From contig JBAZEV010000002.1 of the NCBI GenBank assembly GCA_041653695.1, positions 1 to 50,528 of the forward strand: a stretch of DNA of 50,528 nucleotides, given 5' to 3'. Made by a program: the position numbers and the translations under genes. Below, piece after piece: positions 8,072-16,928 of the stretch. The first letter of the stretch is position 1, and each line of letters begins with the position of its first letter. The notes below the pieces were generated by a model that saw only the letters and a program-made list of their open reading frames with translations, was not told the DNA's origin and made no database searches. The stretch comes from Candidatus Bathyarchaeia archaeon (lineage in GTDB: Archaea; Thermoproteota; Bathyarchaeia; Bathyarchaeales; Bathyarchaeaceae).

Positions 8072-9184
8072 TTGACTACTGCTGAAGACAAAAAATCTGT
8101 GCTTGACCCATGGGGAACAACTGTGGTTGACGACTACAATCACCTTTACGAAGAATTCGGCATACAAAAATTTGATTCCCTAATCCCAGAGATACCCGAA
8201 CCAAGCATGTACATGCGACGCGGCGTTATCTTCGGGCACAGAGACTTTGAACGCATCATTGCCACAATGAAACAAGGCGGAGATTTTGCTGTAATGAGCG
8301 GCATTAAACCAACCGGTGAATTCCATCTAGGAACCCTGATGACCGCCAAAGAAATCATTTATTTCCAGCAACAAGGCGCCCAAGCGTTTTACGCCATCGC
8401 AGACATAGAAGCCTACGAGGACAACAGGTTATCTTTTGAAGAAACAGAAAAAATAGCCGTTGGAAACGTGGCAGACCTTTTGGCGTTAGGTTTTGACCCA
8501 AAAAAAGGTCACATTTACAGGCAGTACAAAGAGATGCGTGTAAGAAATTTGGCGGTTCACTTTGGTGCGGGCGTAACATTAGCCACAATGAAAGCCATCT
8601 ACGGTGAACGCCATATTGGGCTTTATCTTTCAGCTTTGATTCAAGCAGGAGACATACTGTTGCCACAACTCAAAGATTTTGGTGGACCAAAACCAACAGT
8701 TGTTCCCGTAGGCGTAGACCAAGATGCACATCTTCGTTTGACAAGGGATTTAGCGAGTAAGTTTCATAAGAAATTCAAGTTTGTTCCACCGTCTTCGACG
8801 TATCACAAGATTTTGAAGGGATTGGACGGTTCGCCGAAGATGTCTAAACGAAACCCCATGAGTTACTTTACTCTTAACGAGACTCCAAAAGCTATTGGAA
8901 AAAAGATTGCCAGTGCATTCACTGGCGGCAGAGCAACCGTTGAAGAACAAAAACAGCTTGGTGGTGTGCCAGAAGTTTGCCCTGTTTACGAAATTGAGAT
9001 GTGCCACTTTGTTCAAGACGACAAACAGGTAGTTGAAACCTACAATTGCTGCAAATGTGGAAGTCTACTGTGTGGCGAGCATAAAGCGCGAACAAAACAG
9101 ATTGTCATGAACTTCGTTGAAGAGCATCAAAGGAAACGGGAAAAACTTGTTGACCAAGCACGCGAAATACTGGGCGTCAACTGA
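8072..9184 (+). CDS. trpS: tryptophan--tRNA ligase
   Basis: Class I motifs PTGEFHLGTL (HIGH) and KMSKRNP (KMSKS) are present. The archaeal TrpRS-type N-terminus DPWGTTVVDDY is present, and the C-terminal segment is Cys-rich. Confidence 0.9.
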   Translation: MTTAEDKKSVLDPWGTTVVDDYNHLYEEFGIQKFDSLIPEIPEPSMYMRRGVIFGHRDFERIIATMKQGGDFAVMSGIKPTGEFHLGTLMTAKEIIYFQQQGAQAFYAIADIEAYEDNRLSFEETEKIAVGNVADLLALGFDPKKGHIYRQYKEMRVRNLAVHFGAGVTLATMKAIYGERHIGLYLSALIQAGDILLPQLKDFGGPKPTVVPVGVDQDAHLRLTRDLASKFHKKFKFVPPSSTYHKILKGLDGSPKMSKRNPMSYFTLNETPKAIGKKIASAFTGGRATVEEQKQLGGVPEVCPVYEIEMCHFVQDDKQVVETYNCCKCGSLLCGEHKARTKQIVMNFVEEHQRKREKLVDQAREILGVN

Positions 9185-9299
9185 TTCACAAATAACAAAT
9201 TTTTCGGTTTCTTATGGTTGAAACATTTAAAGCCTTCTTGTCCTAAAACTAAACATCGTCCCATTTCATGTATTAACTGGAGATGTCGCGGAGGAATAG

Positions 9300-10808
9300 T
9301 TGGTGGCTGAACTTCGGGAAAATGAACAAAAAACGTTGCTTGCCCTACAAACATTGAAGGGAAAAGCACCCGTAGAGTTGATAGTGGATGCAAGCGGTTT
9401 GGCTCATGCCGGTGTTATGCGGGCGGTTCTTTTTCTTACTGAAAATAAGTTAATCACAACACATGAACAAAAACAGACAATAGTAAAGTTAACCGAAGAA
9501 GGCAACTACCACGCAAATAAAGGGCTTCCAGAACGGCGTCTTTTTAATTCATTGACCAAACTTGGCGGAGAAGCAAAAGTAAACTCCGTTGTAGCGGATG
9601 CATGTTTGGATAAACAGTTTGTTTCTGTTGCATTGGGCTGGCTGAGCCGTAAAGGCTGGGCAAAAATCGAGCAAGGGGCGCTTAAACCGTTGCAGACGCC
9701 TTCGCTTGGTGGCGACGAAAAACTGTTGCAGTTGTTGGCTGAAAAAAGTCCTTTAATCGTTGAGGACCTAAATGCCGAACTGCAAGACAGTGTTTCTGTT
9801 CTGAAGGGACGAACCCTTGTGGATGTTGAAGAGAAAACCCTACGTGAACTTGAGTTAACCCCTGACGGTTGGGCGTTAGTGAAAAAGGGGATTACTGTTC
9901 AAGAAGAGATAAGCCAGTTAACCCCCGAGCTTATCCGAACTGGAAACTGGCGGAACGTAAAACTGCGCCGTTTTGATGTAACCGCACCCGGTCCAGTAAG
10001 CTACCCAGGAAAGATACACCCTGTTCAGCAGATAATTCAACAGGTTAAAGAAATCTTTTTGGAGATGGGTTTCACCGAAATCAGAGGCGACATGGTTGAA
10101 ACCGCCTTTTGGAATTTCGATGCGCTGTTTCAGCCTCAAGACCACCCCGCACGCGACATGGTGGATACTTTTTATTTGTCTAACCCACAACAGGGTGAAT
10201 TACCCGAAAAAGCTGTTGTTGATGCCGTAGCCCAGACCCACGAAAATGGTTGGATAACAGGTTCCCGTGGATGGCAGTATTCTTGGAGTGCACAAGAAGC
10301 AAAGAAACTGGTGCTCCGAACGCACACGACTGCTGCTACTATCCGTTACTTGACTGAGCATAAGGAATCGCCAATCAAGGTGTTCTCTGTTGACCGTGTT
10401 TACCGCAACGAGAAACTGGACTACAAGCATCTTGCCGAGTTCCATCAAATTGAAGGAATAATTATGGACCAAAAAGTCACGTTGCGGGATTTGATGGGCA
10501 CCCTGAAAGAGTTTTACCAAAAACTTGGCTTAGAAAAAGTACAGTTTTGGCCCAGCTACTTCCCGTATACTGAGCCCTCTTTGCAGTCCACTGTGTATGT
10601 TCCAGAACTAAATAATTGGGTTGAACTCTGTGGTATGGGAATCTTCCGCCCAGAAGTTTTGGCTCCATTGGGTGTGAAACACCCTGTTTTGGCTTGGGGT
10701 GGCGGTTTGGAACGTTTGATACTTCTTAAACTGCACCTTGACGACATCCGGTTACTGTATAAGAACGATTTAGGTTGGATAAGGAGGAATCCAGTATGCC
10801 AACTATAA
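9300..10808 (+). CDS. pheS: phenylalanine--tRNA ligase alpha subunit
   Basis: Class II core motifs FQPQDHPARD, VLRTHTT and GMGIFRPEV...AWGGGLERL are present, with an archaeal N-terminal winged-helix repeat region. Confidence 0.92.
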   Translation: MVAELRENEQKTLLALQTLKGKAPVELIVDASGLAHAGVMRAVLFLTENKLITTHEQKQTIVKLTEEGNYHANKGLPERRLFNSLTKLGGEAKVNSVVADACLDKQFVSVALGWLSRKGWAKIEQGALKPLQTPSLGGDEKLLQLLAEKSPLIVEDLNAELQDSVSVLKGRTLVDVEEKTLRELELTPDGWALVKKGITVQEEISQLTPELIRTGNWRNVKLRRFDVTAPGPVSYPGKIHPVQQIIQQVKEIFLEMGFTEIRGDMVETAFWNFDALFQPQDHPARDMVDTFYLSNPQQGELPEKAVVDAVAQTHENGWITGSRGWQYSWSAQEAKKLVLRTHTTAATIRYLTEHKESPIKVFSVDRVYRNEKLDYKHLAEFHQIEGIIMDQKVTLRDLMGTLKEFYQKLGLEKVQFWPSYFPYTEPSLQSTVYVPELNNWVELCGMGIFRPEVLAPLGVKHPVLAWGGGLERLILLKLHLDDIRLLYKNDLGWIRRNPVCQL

Positions 10809-12466
10809 CTTTGAACCAAAAACGTTTCAGTTCCTACGTTGGATGCGACATATCCGTGGAAGTAATGGCTAAATGGCTTCCGTGGTTGGGTACAGACACC
10901 GAAGACGTCGGCGAAGACTACGTGAAAATTGAGTATAACCCAAACCGTGTAGATTTTTGTAGCTACAGCGGTATTGCCCGTGCACTTCAGGGTCTAATGG
11001 GCTGGAAAACAGGGTTGCCCAATTTTGAGGTTAAAACAGGTAACATCGTATTGACTGTCGATAAAACCGTAGCCAAAGTGCGTCCTTACATTGTTTCCGC
11101 TGTTGTCCGAGACTTACCAATCGACCATGAGAGCATACGGGAACTCATGGAAATGCAAGAAGCCTTGCACTGGATGATAGGCAGAGACCGAAAAAAGGCG
11201 TCGATTGGTGTGCACAATTTAGATGCGGTGGAACCGCCTTTCTGTTACACGACTTGTGCTCCGGATGGAATCAAGTTTATTCCGTTGGATAGAACAGAAC
11301 CTATGACTCCGCAGGATGTTTTGGAAAAACACGATAAAGGAATTGCATACAAAAACGAGGTTGACTGGGCTTCCCGGTATCCAATACTGGTTGACCGAAA
11401 ACAGCAGGTTCTGTCGTTTCCGCCAATAATCAACGGCGAATTAACACGCGTAGTCGAAGATACAAAAAACCTGTTCATTGACGTTACTGGCACAGAGCTA
11501 AACGCGGTACAAAGAAGCCTGAACGTTCTAGTTACTGCATTGGCTGACATGGGCGGTAAAATAGAAACGGTCCGGGTTGAGTACCCTGACCAAGTTTTGG
11601 TTACTCCCAACCTTACGCCACAAAAAATGAAGCTTCATGTGGCTTTTTCTAATAACCGTTTAGGTCTTGACTTCTCAGAAACCCAGACTATTGAGGCCTT
11701 GCAAAAGTCGCGGCTTGACGCAAAAACGGTTGAAGCAGGAGTTTTAGATGTTACAATTCCTGCTTACCGAACAGATATACTGCATGAAATTGATTTGGTT
11801 GAAGAAGTCGCTGTCGGTTACGGTGTTTTCAGGTTAGAACCCACAATACCCGCAACAGTTACCACGGGCAAACCACATAAAGTCACTGAGGTAGCATCTG
11901 CGGTTCGTCAGATTATGGTTGGTTTAGGTTTTACTGAAGCCCTGAACTTTGTTTTAACCAACCAAGTTGACCACTACCAGAAGATGCGTCAAGAACCAGA
12001 ACAGCTTGTTACTTTGGCGAACCCTGTTTCAACTGATTACTCGATTATACGAAACAACATACTGCCCAGCTTGATGAACAACTTGGCTGTAAGCAAACAC
12101 CACGTTTTTCCACAACGAATGTTCGAGGTCTCTGATGTTATCAAACTTGACCCAACCTCTGAAACCTATACACAGCGAAGAATACACCTTGCCGCAGTTT
12201 CGTCACATCCCACTGCAAACTTTACTGAAATAAAATCGGTTCTTGAATCGTTGCTAATGAACCTGGGATTCAAAGACTGGACAATGAAAGAAACTGACCA
12301 CCCAAGTTTTCTAGAAGGACGCGCAGCAGCAGTCATGCTGGCGGACATGGAGTTAGGTTTTGTCGGAGAAATTCACCCCGAAGTTTTGAACAACTTTGAA
12401 CTGGAAAACCCAACAGGGGCATTCGAAATAGACCTGCAAAAAATCGTTGACTCTGCGTCTTGTTAG
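10796..12466 (+). CDS. pheT: phenylalanine--tRNA ligase beta subunit
   Basis: MPTITLNQKRF begins at an ATG that overlaps the pheS stop by 13 nt. B3/4 and B5 domain-like sequence and a typical archaeal PheT C-terminus are present. Confidence 0.9.
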   Translation: MPTITLNQKRFSSYVGCDISVEVMAKWLPWLGTDTEDVGEDYVKIEYNPNRVDFCSYSGIARALQGLMGWKTGLPNFEVKTGNIVLTVDKTVAKVRPYIVSAVVRDLPIDHESIRELMEMQEALHWMIGRDRKKASIGVHNLDAVEPPFCYTTCAPDGIKFIPLDRTEPMTPQDVLEKHDKGIAYKNEVDWASRYPILVDRKQQVLSFPPIINGELTRVVEDTKNLFIDVTGTELNAVQRSLNVLVTALADMGGKIETVRVEYPDQVLVTPNLTPQKMKLHVAFSNNRLGLDFSETQTIEALQKSRLDAKTVEAGVLDVTIPAYRTDILHEIDLVEEVAVGYGVFRLEPTIPATVTTGKPHKVTEVASAVRQIMVGLGFTEALNFVLTNQVDHYQKMRQEPEQLVTLANPVSTDYSIIRNNILPSLMNNLAVSKHHVFPQRMFEVSDVIKLDPTSETYTQRRIHLAAVSSHPTANFTEIKSVLESLLMNLGFKDWTMKETDHPSFLEGRAAAVMLADMELGFVGEIHPEVLNNFELENPTGAFEIDLQKIVDSASC

Positions 12467-12514
12467 TTTGTTGTTGAATGGAAAGCTTTAATGTCTTTTG
12501 TATGCGACTATTTA

Positions 12515-12755
12515 GTTGCGATGATAGTTGGCTGGAGCATAATCCTGCCGGTACCTTATGCGGGCTCATGCAGACGGACTCGACCGAGGCTGATGTGTTC
12601 CATCTACCGTTGACGAAGGGTTTACCCATGCATGGGACACGGTAGGCGCGGGCAAAAATCGACCCACGTTTGAGAGAGCTCATCTGAGAGGAGCGTTATT
12701 GCTCCACCTGTGAGGATGAGAGTTAGTTGCGTGGGACACAATGCCCGCGACACTT
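12515..12755 (+). ncRNA. candidate structured non-coding RNA, class unresolved (3' hairpin has H/ACA-like geometry)
   Basis: GC-rich island in an otherwise AT-rich 560-bp intergenic region. There are nested helices: 12647-12653/12743-12749, 12663-12668/12730-12735, 12679-12684/12715-12720 and 12690-12694/12701-12705. ACA follows at 12750-12752. A TATA-like CTTTAATG lies near 12486 and a T-run near 12791. The strand is not certain. Confidence 0.35.
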
Positions 12756-13022
12756 ACAATAGTTAACGGTGAAAGTTCACACTTCTGTAATTTCTATTTT
12801 GAGCCTATTAGTCTCCTAATAGAGGTTCATTGTTGAAAACAGTCTTTTTTCTAAAATTTTCTATGCTGCACATTTTTTCAAAAAAGTTCACATTGATGTG
12901 TTATCATTCTCGGTTTTGTGTTTTGTTGTTCCGTTATGCTTTAATACAAGACGTTAACTATATCTAACATGGAGTTAGAAATAACTAACAAAAAGTGAGA
13001 AATAGCTCATGGAGGAAAAACG

Positions 13023-13220
13023 ATGAAAAACCTGAAAAACATCATCAGTGCTTTAGGAATCGCAACATGCCTAATAGGCGCATATTTGATGGCTTTTGGA
13101 GAACCAATCATAGGCGCAGACCACGCAGGCATAGCAACCGTTGTCGGCATAACCGGAATCGGCATAATAAGCACTGGTAACACATTATCGTTTTTAGGAA
13201 AGAAAAAGGAGGAACCGTAA
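13023..13220 (+). CDS. small two-TM membrane protein
   Basis: ATG preceded by GGAGGAAAAA, with a hydrophobic 65-aa product. It is the first gene of a three-gene unit. Confidence 0.5.
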   Translation: MKNLKNIISALGIATCLIGAYLMAFGEPIIGADHAGIATVVGITGIGIISTGNTLSFLGKKKEEP

Positions 13221-13223
13221 AAA

Positions 13224-13559
13224 ATGACCGATTTTGTGTGGCCAACAATTTTAATCGTGAACGCAATCCTTGTAATCCTTGTTGGTGTGCTTGTTTTATG
13301 GAAACTTCATAAAGACAAAAAATCGGGTTATCCTACTAAAGATGAACGCACCATAAAAATCAGTGGAAAAGCAGCTATTGGGACTTACTATATCAGTTTA
13401 GCTTTCATGATATCGCTAGCGTTATTCATAATCTTCGGAACAGAGTTTCTAGATTTGCCTGAGCTTGACGCTGGATGGGCCATAATTGCAATAATGCTCG
13501 TCTCTGGTATCACAAATGCTCTGTTAAGCTGGTATTACAGCAGAAAAGGCGACCTCTGA
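13224..13559 (+). CDS. membrane protein (DUF2178-like), usual partner of the downstream HTH regulator
   Basis: Three to four TM helices. The stop overlaps the next start (TGATG). Confidence 0.5.
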   Translation: MTDFVWPTILIVNAILVILVGVLVLWKLHKDKKSGYPTKDERTIKISGKAAIGTYYISLAFMISLALFIIFGTEFLDLPELDAGWAIIAIMLVSGITNALLSWYYSRKGDL

Positions 13560-13765
13560 TGCGAACAAAAATCAAAGAACTACGGGCAAGACATAACCTT
13601 ACGCAAGACGATTTGGCCAAAATGGTTGGCGTTCGTAGGGAAACAGTTCTGTATCTAGAGAAAGGAAAATACAACCCTTCCCTAAAACTGGCACACGACA
13701 TAGCTAAAGTACTCCACACAACTATCGACAACCTGTTCAGCTTTGACGACGAAGACAACAAATAA
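13559..13765 (+). CDS. XRE-family helix-turn-helix transcriptional regulator
   Basis: The product [52 protein letters not shown] is a canonical HTH_3 domain. The ATG at 13559 overlaps the upstream stop. Confidence 0.85.
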   Translation: MRTKIKELRARHNLTQDDLAKMVGVRRETVLYLEKGKYNPSLKLAHDIAKVLHTTIDNLFSFDDEDNK

Positions 13766-13862
13766 ACAGGCATTGTTGCCCTTTTTTTCTCATTATTACT
13801 TGCTTTCAACAAGAACTTTTAAGTTAACAAACTAAAATGAGAATGATACGAGGGCAACATCT

Positions 13863-14948
13863 TTGGACCTGCAAAAAAGAATCGACTTGGTAATGAAGAA
13901 CACCGCCGAAGTAGTAACACCAGAAGAGTTACGAACATTACTTGAAACAAACAACAACCCCCGCGCCTACTGGGGCTTTGAATGCTCAGGACTATTGCAC
14001 ATCGGAATTGGGTTAGTTTGTTCAGCAAAAATCAAACATTTGGTAAACGCTGGTTTTGATTACACAATCTTTCTGGCAGACTGGCACTCGTTGATAAACA
14101 ACAAACTAGGTGGAAACATGGAAAACATCCACACCTGCGGAGAATACCTTAAACAAATCTTTGTTGCCCTAGGTTTAACACCAGACAAAGTAACATACCG
14201 CTGGGCCTCAGACATAACCGCTAAAGTTGATTTCTGGGAAAAAGTCATCCGCATCGCCAAAAGCGTTTCAATCAAACGAACATGGCGAGCATTACCCGTT
14301 ATGGGTCGTGAAACCAGCCTAACCGACATGGAAACCGCGTGGGTATTCTATCCCTGTATGCAAGCGGCAGACATCTTTGAACTGGGAATGGATGTTGCCT
14401 GCGCAGGAATAGACCAACGAAAAGCGCATATGCTCGCTCGGGATGCTGCGGAAAAACTCAAATGGCAAAAACCTGTTTGCGTTCACACACCATTGCTTAT
14501 TGGGTTGCAAGGTGCACAAACAACAGAAAAACAGTTCGACGAAAACGCGGAACTAAACGTTGAAATCAGCTCAAAAATGTCCAAGAGCATACCTCAAAGC
14601 AGCATACTGGTTCATGATTCACCTGAAGATATTGCATCAAAAATCAAAAACGCGTACTGCCCACAAAAAGTAGTAAAAAACAACCCCATTTTGGAGTTAG
14701 CGAAACTCATAATTTTCGCAGAAAAAGACATGCTGGAAATACCGCGCCCCGCAAAATATGGTGGTCCAGAAGTTTTTGGAAGCTTTGAGAACCTAGCAAA
14801 CGTTTACAGTGAAGGCAAAATCCATCCCTTAGACTTAAAGAATGGCGTAGCTAACGCGTTAATCGAAATACTTGAACCCGTTCGTGAACACTTCAAAAAG
14901 CATCCAGAAACGCTAGAAAAAATGTTGAAAATCGAGATAACTAGGTAA
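13863..14948 (+). CDS. tyrS: tyrosine--tRNA ligase (archaeal type)
   Basis: Collinear with the M. jannaschii TyrRS pattern: GFECSGLLHIG, IDQRKAHMLARD, KMSKS, NPILELAK and HPLDLKNGVA. TTG start. Confidence 0.9.
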   Translation: MDLQKRIDLVMKNTAEVVTPEELRTLLETNNNPRAYWGFECSGLLHIGIGLVCSAKIKHLVNAGFDYTIFLADWHSLINNKLGGNMENIHTCGEYLKQIFVALGLTPDKVTYRWASDITAKVDFWEKVIRIAKSVSIKRTWRALPVMGRETSLTDMETAWVFYPCMQAADIFELGMDVACAGIDQRKAHMLARDAAEKLKWQKPVCVHTPLLIGLQGAQTTEKQFDENAELNVEISSKMSKSIPQSSILVHDSPEDIASKIKNAYCPQKVVKNNPILELAKLIIFAEKDMLEIPRPAKYGGPEVFGSFENLANVYSEGKIHPLDLKNGVANALIEILEPVREHFKKHPETLEKMLKIEITR

Positions 14949-14953
14949 AAAAG

Positions 14954-15376
14954 TTGTCAACAAAAACTGAGAAACGCCTAGAAAACATCCAAAAACTCCT
15001 AGAACGACTACAAACACAAGCAATCAAAGGCACTCCAATTGTTGTCGAAGGAAAAAACGATGCACAAGCACTGCACATTCTGGGCATTACTGGTGACATA
15101 ATTTTAGCTAAAAGTTCAGGCAAATCATTTCTTGACGTTCTTGCTGAAATTGAAACCACACAAAAACGTGAAGTTATCCTATTATTTGATTTTGATCGAC
15201 GTGGCAAAGAGTGGACACAACGTTTGGCTGCATGTCTTGAGGGCGTTAAAATTATTCCAAATCTGGTTTTTTGGCGAATGCTTATGGGGTTAGTCGCCCG
15301 GGATGTTAAAGATATTGAGGGTTTAGCAACATTTTTTGGAACTCTGAATAATAAATGCTTAAGTCGTAAAGTATAA
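14954..15376 (+). CDS. small Toprim-domain protein (UPF0292 / RNase M5-like family)
   Basis: IVVEGKNDAQAL ... LLFDFDRRGKEW supplies the Toprim E and DxD motifs in a 140-aa protein. Confidence 0.7.
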   Translation: MSTKTEKRLENIQKLLERLQTQAIKGTPIVVEGKNDAQALHILGITGDIILAKSSGKSFLDVLAEIETTQKREVILLFDFDRRGKEWTQRLAACLEGVKIIPNLVFWRMLMGLVARDVKDIEGLATFFGTLNNKCLSRKV

Positions 15377-15501
15377 TAGACACTGAAGCCTTAAAAAGAC
15401 TCGTCTCAGTTTTCACGGGGACAATATTATGATTGAGGTGACTAGAAACGAAATCAGCACAAACTGTTACGATAAAGTATGTTATACGAGCCCGGTTCGA
15501 A

Positions 15502-16584
15502 GTGGAGGGGGTAGTTGAGAAGCCGGACGTTATCGGAGCGCTTTTTGGGCAAACAGAAGGACTGTTTGGACCCGATCTGGATCTTCGAGAACTACAAAAA
15601 TCAGGTAGAATCGGACGTATTGAAATAAATTTAGAATCAAAACAAGACAAAACAACAGGTAACATTAACATACCTACAAGTCTTGACAGAGTTTCAACAG
15701 CCATTATAGCTGCCAGTATTGAAAGCATAAACCGCATCGGACCCTGCAAAGCTGATGTGTTCTTAAACAAAATAGAGGACATACGCGATGCAAGACGACG
15801 GCTAATTATCGACCGCGCCAAGGACGTTCTTCGCAAATGGAATGTTGAAACAATGCCTGATACTGACGAAATCTTCAGAGAAGTATCAGAAATGTTAAGA
15901 CTTGCACGGGTTGAAAATTATGGACCCGAAGGACTTGCTGCTGGACCTGAAATTAACACTGCAAAGAAAATCATTGTTGTAGAAGGCAGAGCCGACGTAA
16001 TCAGTCTACTGCGTGCAGGTATACAAAACACAATAGCTGTTGAAGGCGCCAAAATTCCACAGAGTATAATCAAAATCTGCAAAGAACGCGAAGCAACTGC
16101 ATTTCTTGACGGCGACAGAGGCGGAGACCTTATTCTTAAAGAACTTTTGCAGGTTACAACCATCAACTATGTTGCAAGAGCTCCTCGAGGTAAAGAAGTC
16201 GAAGACCTAACATTCAAAGAAATCGAAAAAGCTCTGAAAGAAAAAGTACCCATAGAGAAACCCAAAGTCAAGAAAGAACGCAAGAAAAAGTTAGTGCCAA
16301 AACAGTTGATTGATGTTTCAACAGAATTGACTGGAACTTTGGAAGCTGTACTTTTAGACAAGGATATGAACCAGACCAGTCGGATGCCTGTAAGAGAACT
16401 TGCAGAAAAACTGCAGCAAATGAAGGATGTTGATACCGTGGTTTTTGACGGCGTAATAACTCAAAGACTTGTTGACATTGCTTCTGAGCGAAACATCAAC
16501 TTCCTTGTGGCTCCACGAATTTCAAAAACCGTGAAGCAGCCCTTAAAAGTAAAGCTAATGACCTTCGAAGAAATCAACAACTAA
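15502..16584 (+). CDS. dnaG: archaeal DnaG primase / exosome-associated protein; the true N-terminus probably starts near 15472
   Basis: GVVEKPDVIGALFGQTEGLFG, the Toprim motif VVEGRADV and LDGDRGGDLI are present. The conserved KYVIRARFEVEG continues in frame upstream of the GTG at 15502, with no ATG/GTG/TTG available. Confidence 0.88.
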   Translation: MEGVVEKPDVIGALFGQTEGLFGPDLDLRELQKSGRIGRIEINLESKQDKTTGNINIPTSLDRVSTAIIAASIESINRIGPCKADVFLNKIEDIRDARRRLIIDRAKDVLRKWNVETMPDTDEIFREVSEMLRLARVENYGPEGLAAGPEINTAKKIIVVEGRADVISLLRAGIQNTIAVEGAKIPQSIIKICKEREATAFLDGDRGGDLILKELLQVTTINYVARAPRGKEVEDLTFKEIEKALKEKVPIEKPKVKKERKKKLVPKQLIDVSTELTGTLEAVLLDKDMNQTSRMPVRELAEKLQQMKDVDTVVFDGVITQRLVDIASERNINFLVAPRISKTVKQPLKVKLMTFEEINN

Positions 16585-16928
16585 ACTTTCCTGAACTGCC
16601 TAAAACTATTTGGATATGGGGTATAATCCCCTCTCTTCATTTTTTATTTATTTGTTTTTGTTGGATCTGCTTTGTTGTGTATTTGTTTTATCTCTAGTCT
16701 AGTTTGTAAATTGCTCTTTACATGTGCTTGAATACTTTATGCTTCTGGTTGACATTTTATCACAAAAAAATGTTATGTCTAATTTAATTCCATAAAGAAC
16801 CTGTTGCAAATAGTTCTAAAATTCTTTATAATCGGTTTCCGCAATTATTATAAACTTACTTCGACAAAACATTTGATTTAAGCGTTCTAGCAAACTAGTT
16901 TCGCTAAAAAATATTAGAGGAAAAAAAC

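Noticed and set aside
12333-12683. 116-aa minus-strand ORF
   Set aside because: It overlaps the 3' end of pheT and the GC-rich structured region. The sequence is low-complexity (S/Q/L/R-rich), with no motif and no plausible promoter.
12505-12760. RNase P RNA or SRP (7S) RNA identity for the structured intergenic element
   Set aside because: Neither strand contains the universal GGAAAGUCC / ACAGAA-type RNase P blocks. Neither contains a GNAR-capped helix with the CAGG...AGCA SRP helix-8 signature. The class is left open rather than named.
13475-13558. Upstream extension of the HTH regulator ORF
   Set aside because: It overlaps the preceding membrane-protein gene in another frame. The HTH domain starts at the ATG at 13559, which overlaps that gene's stop.
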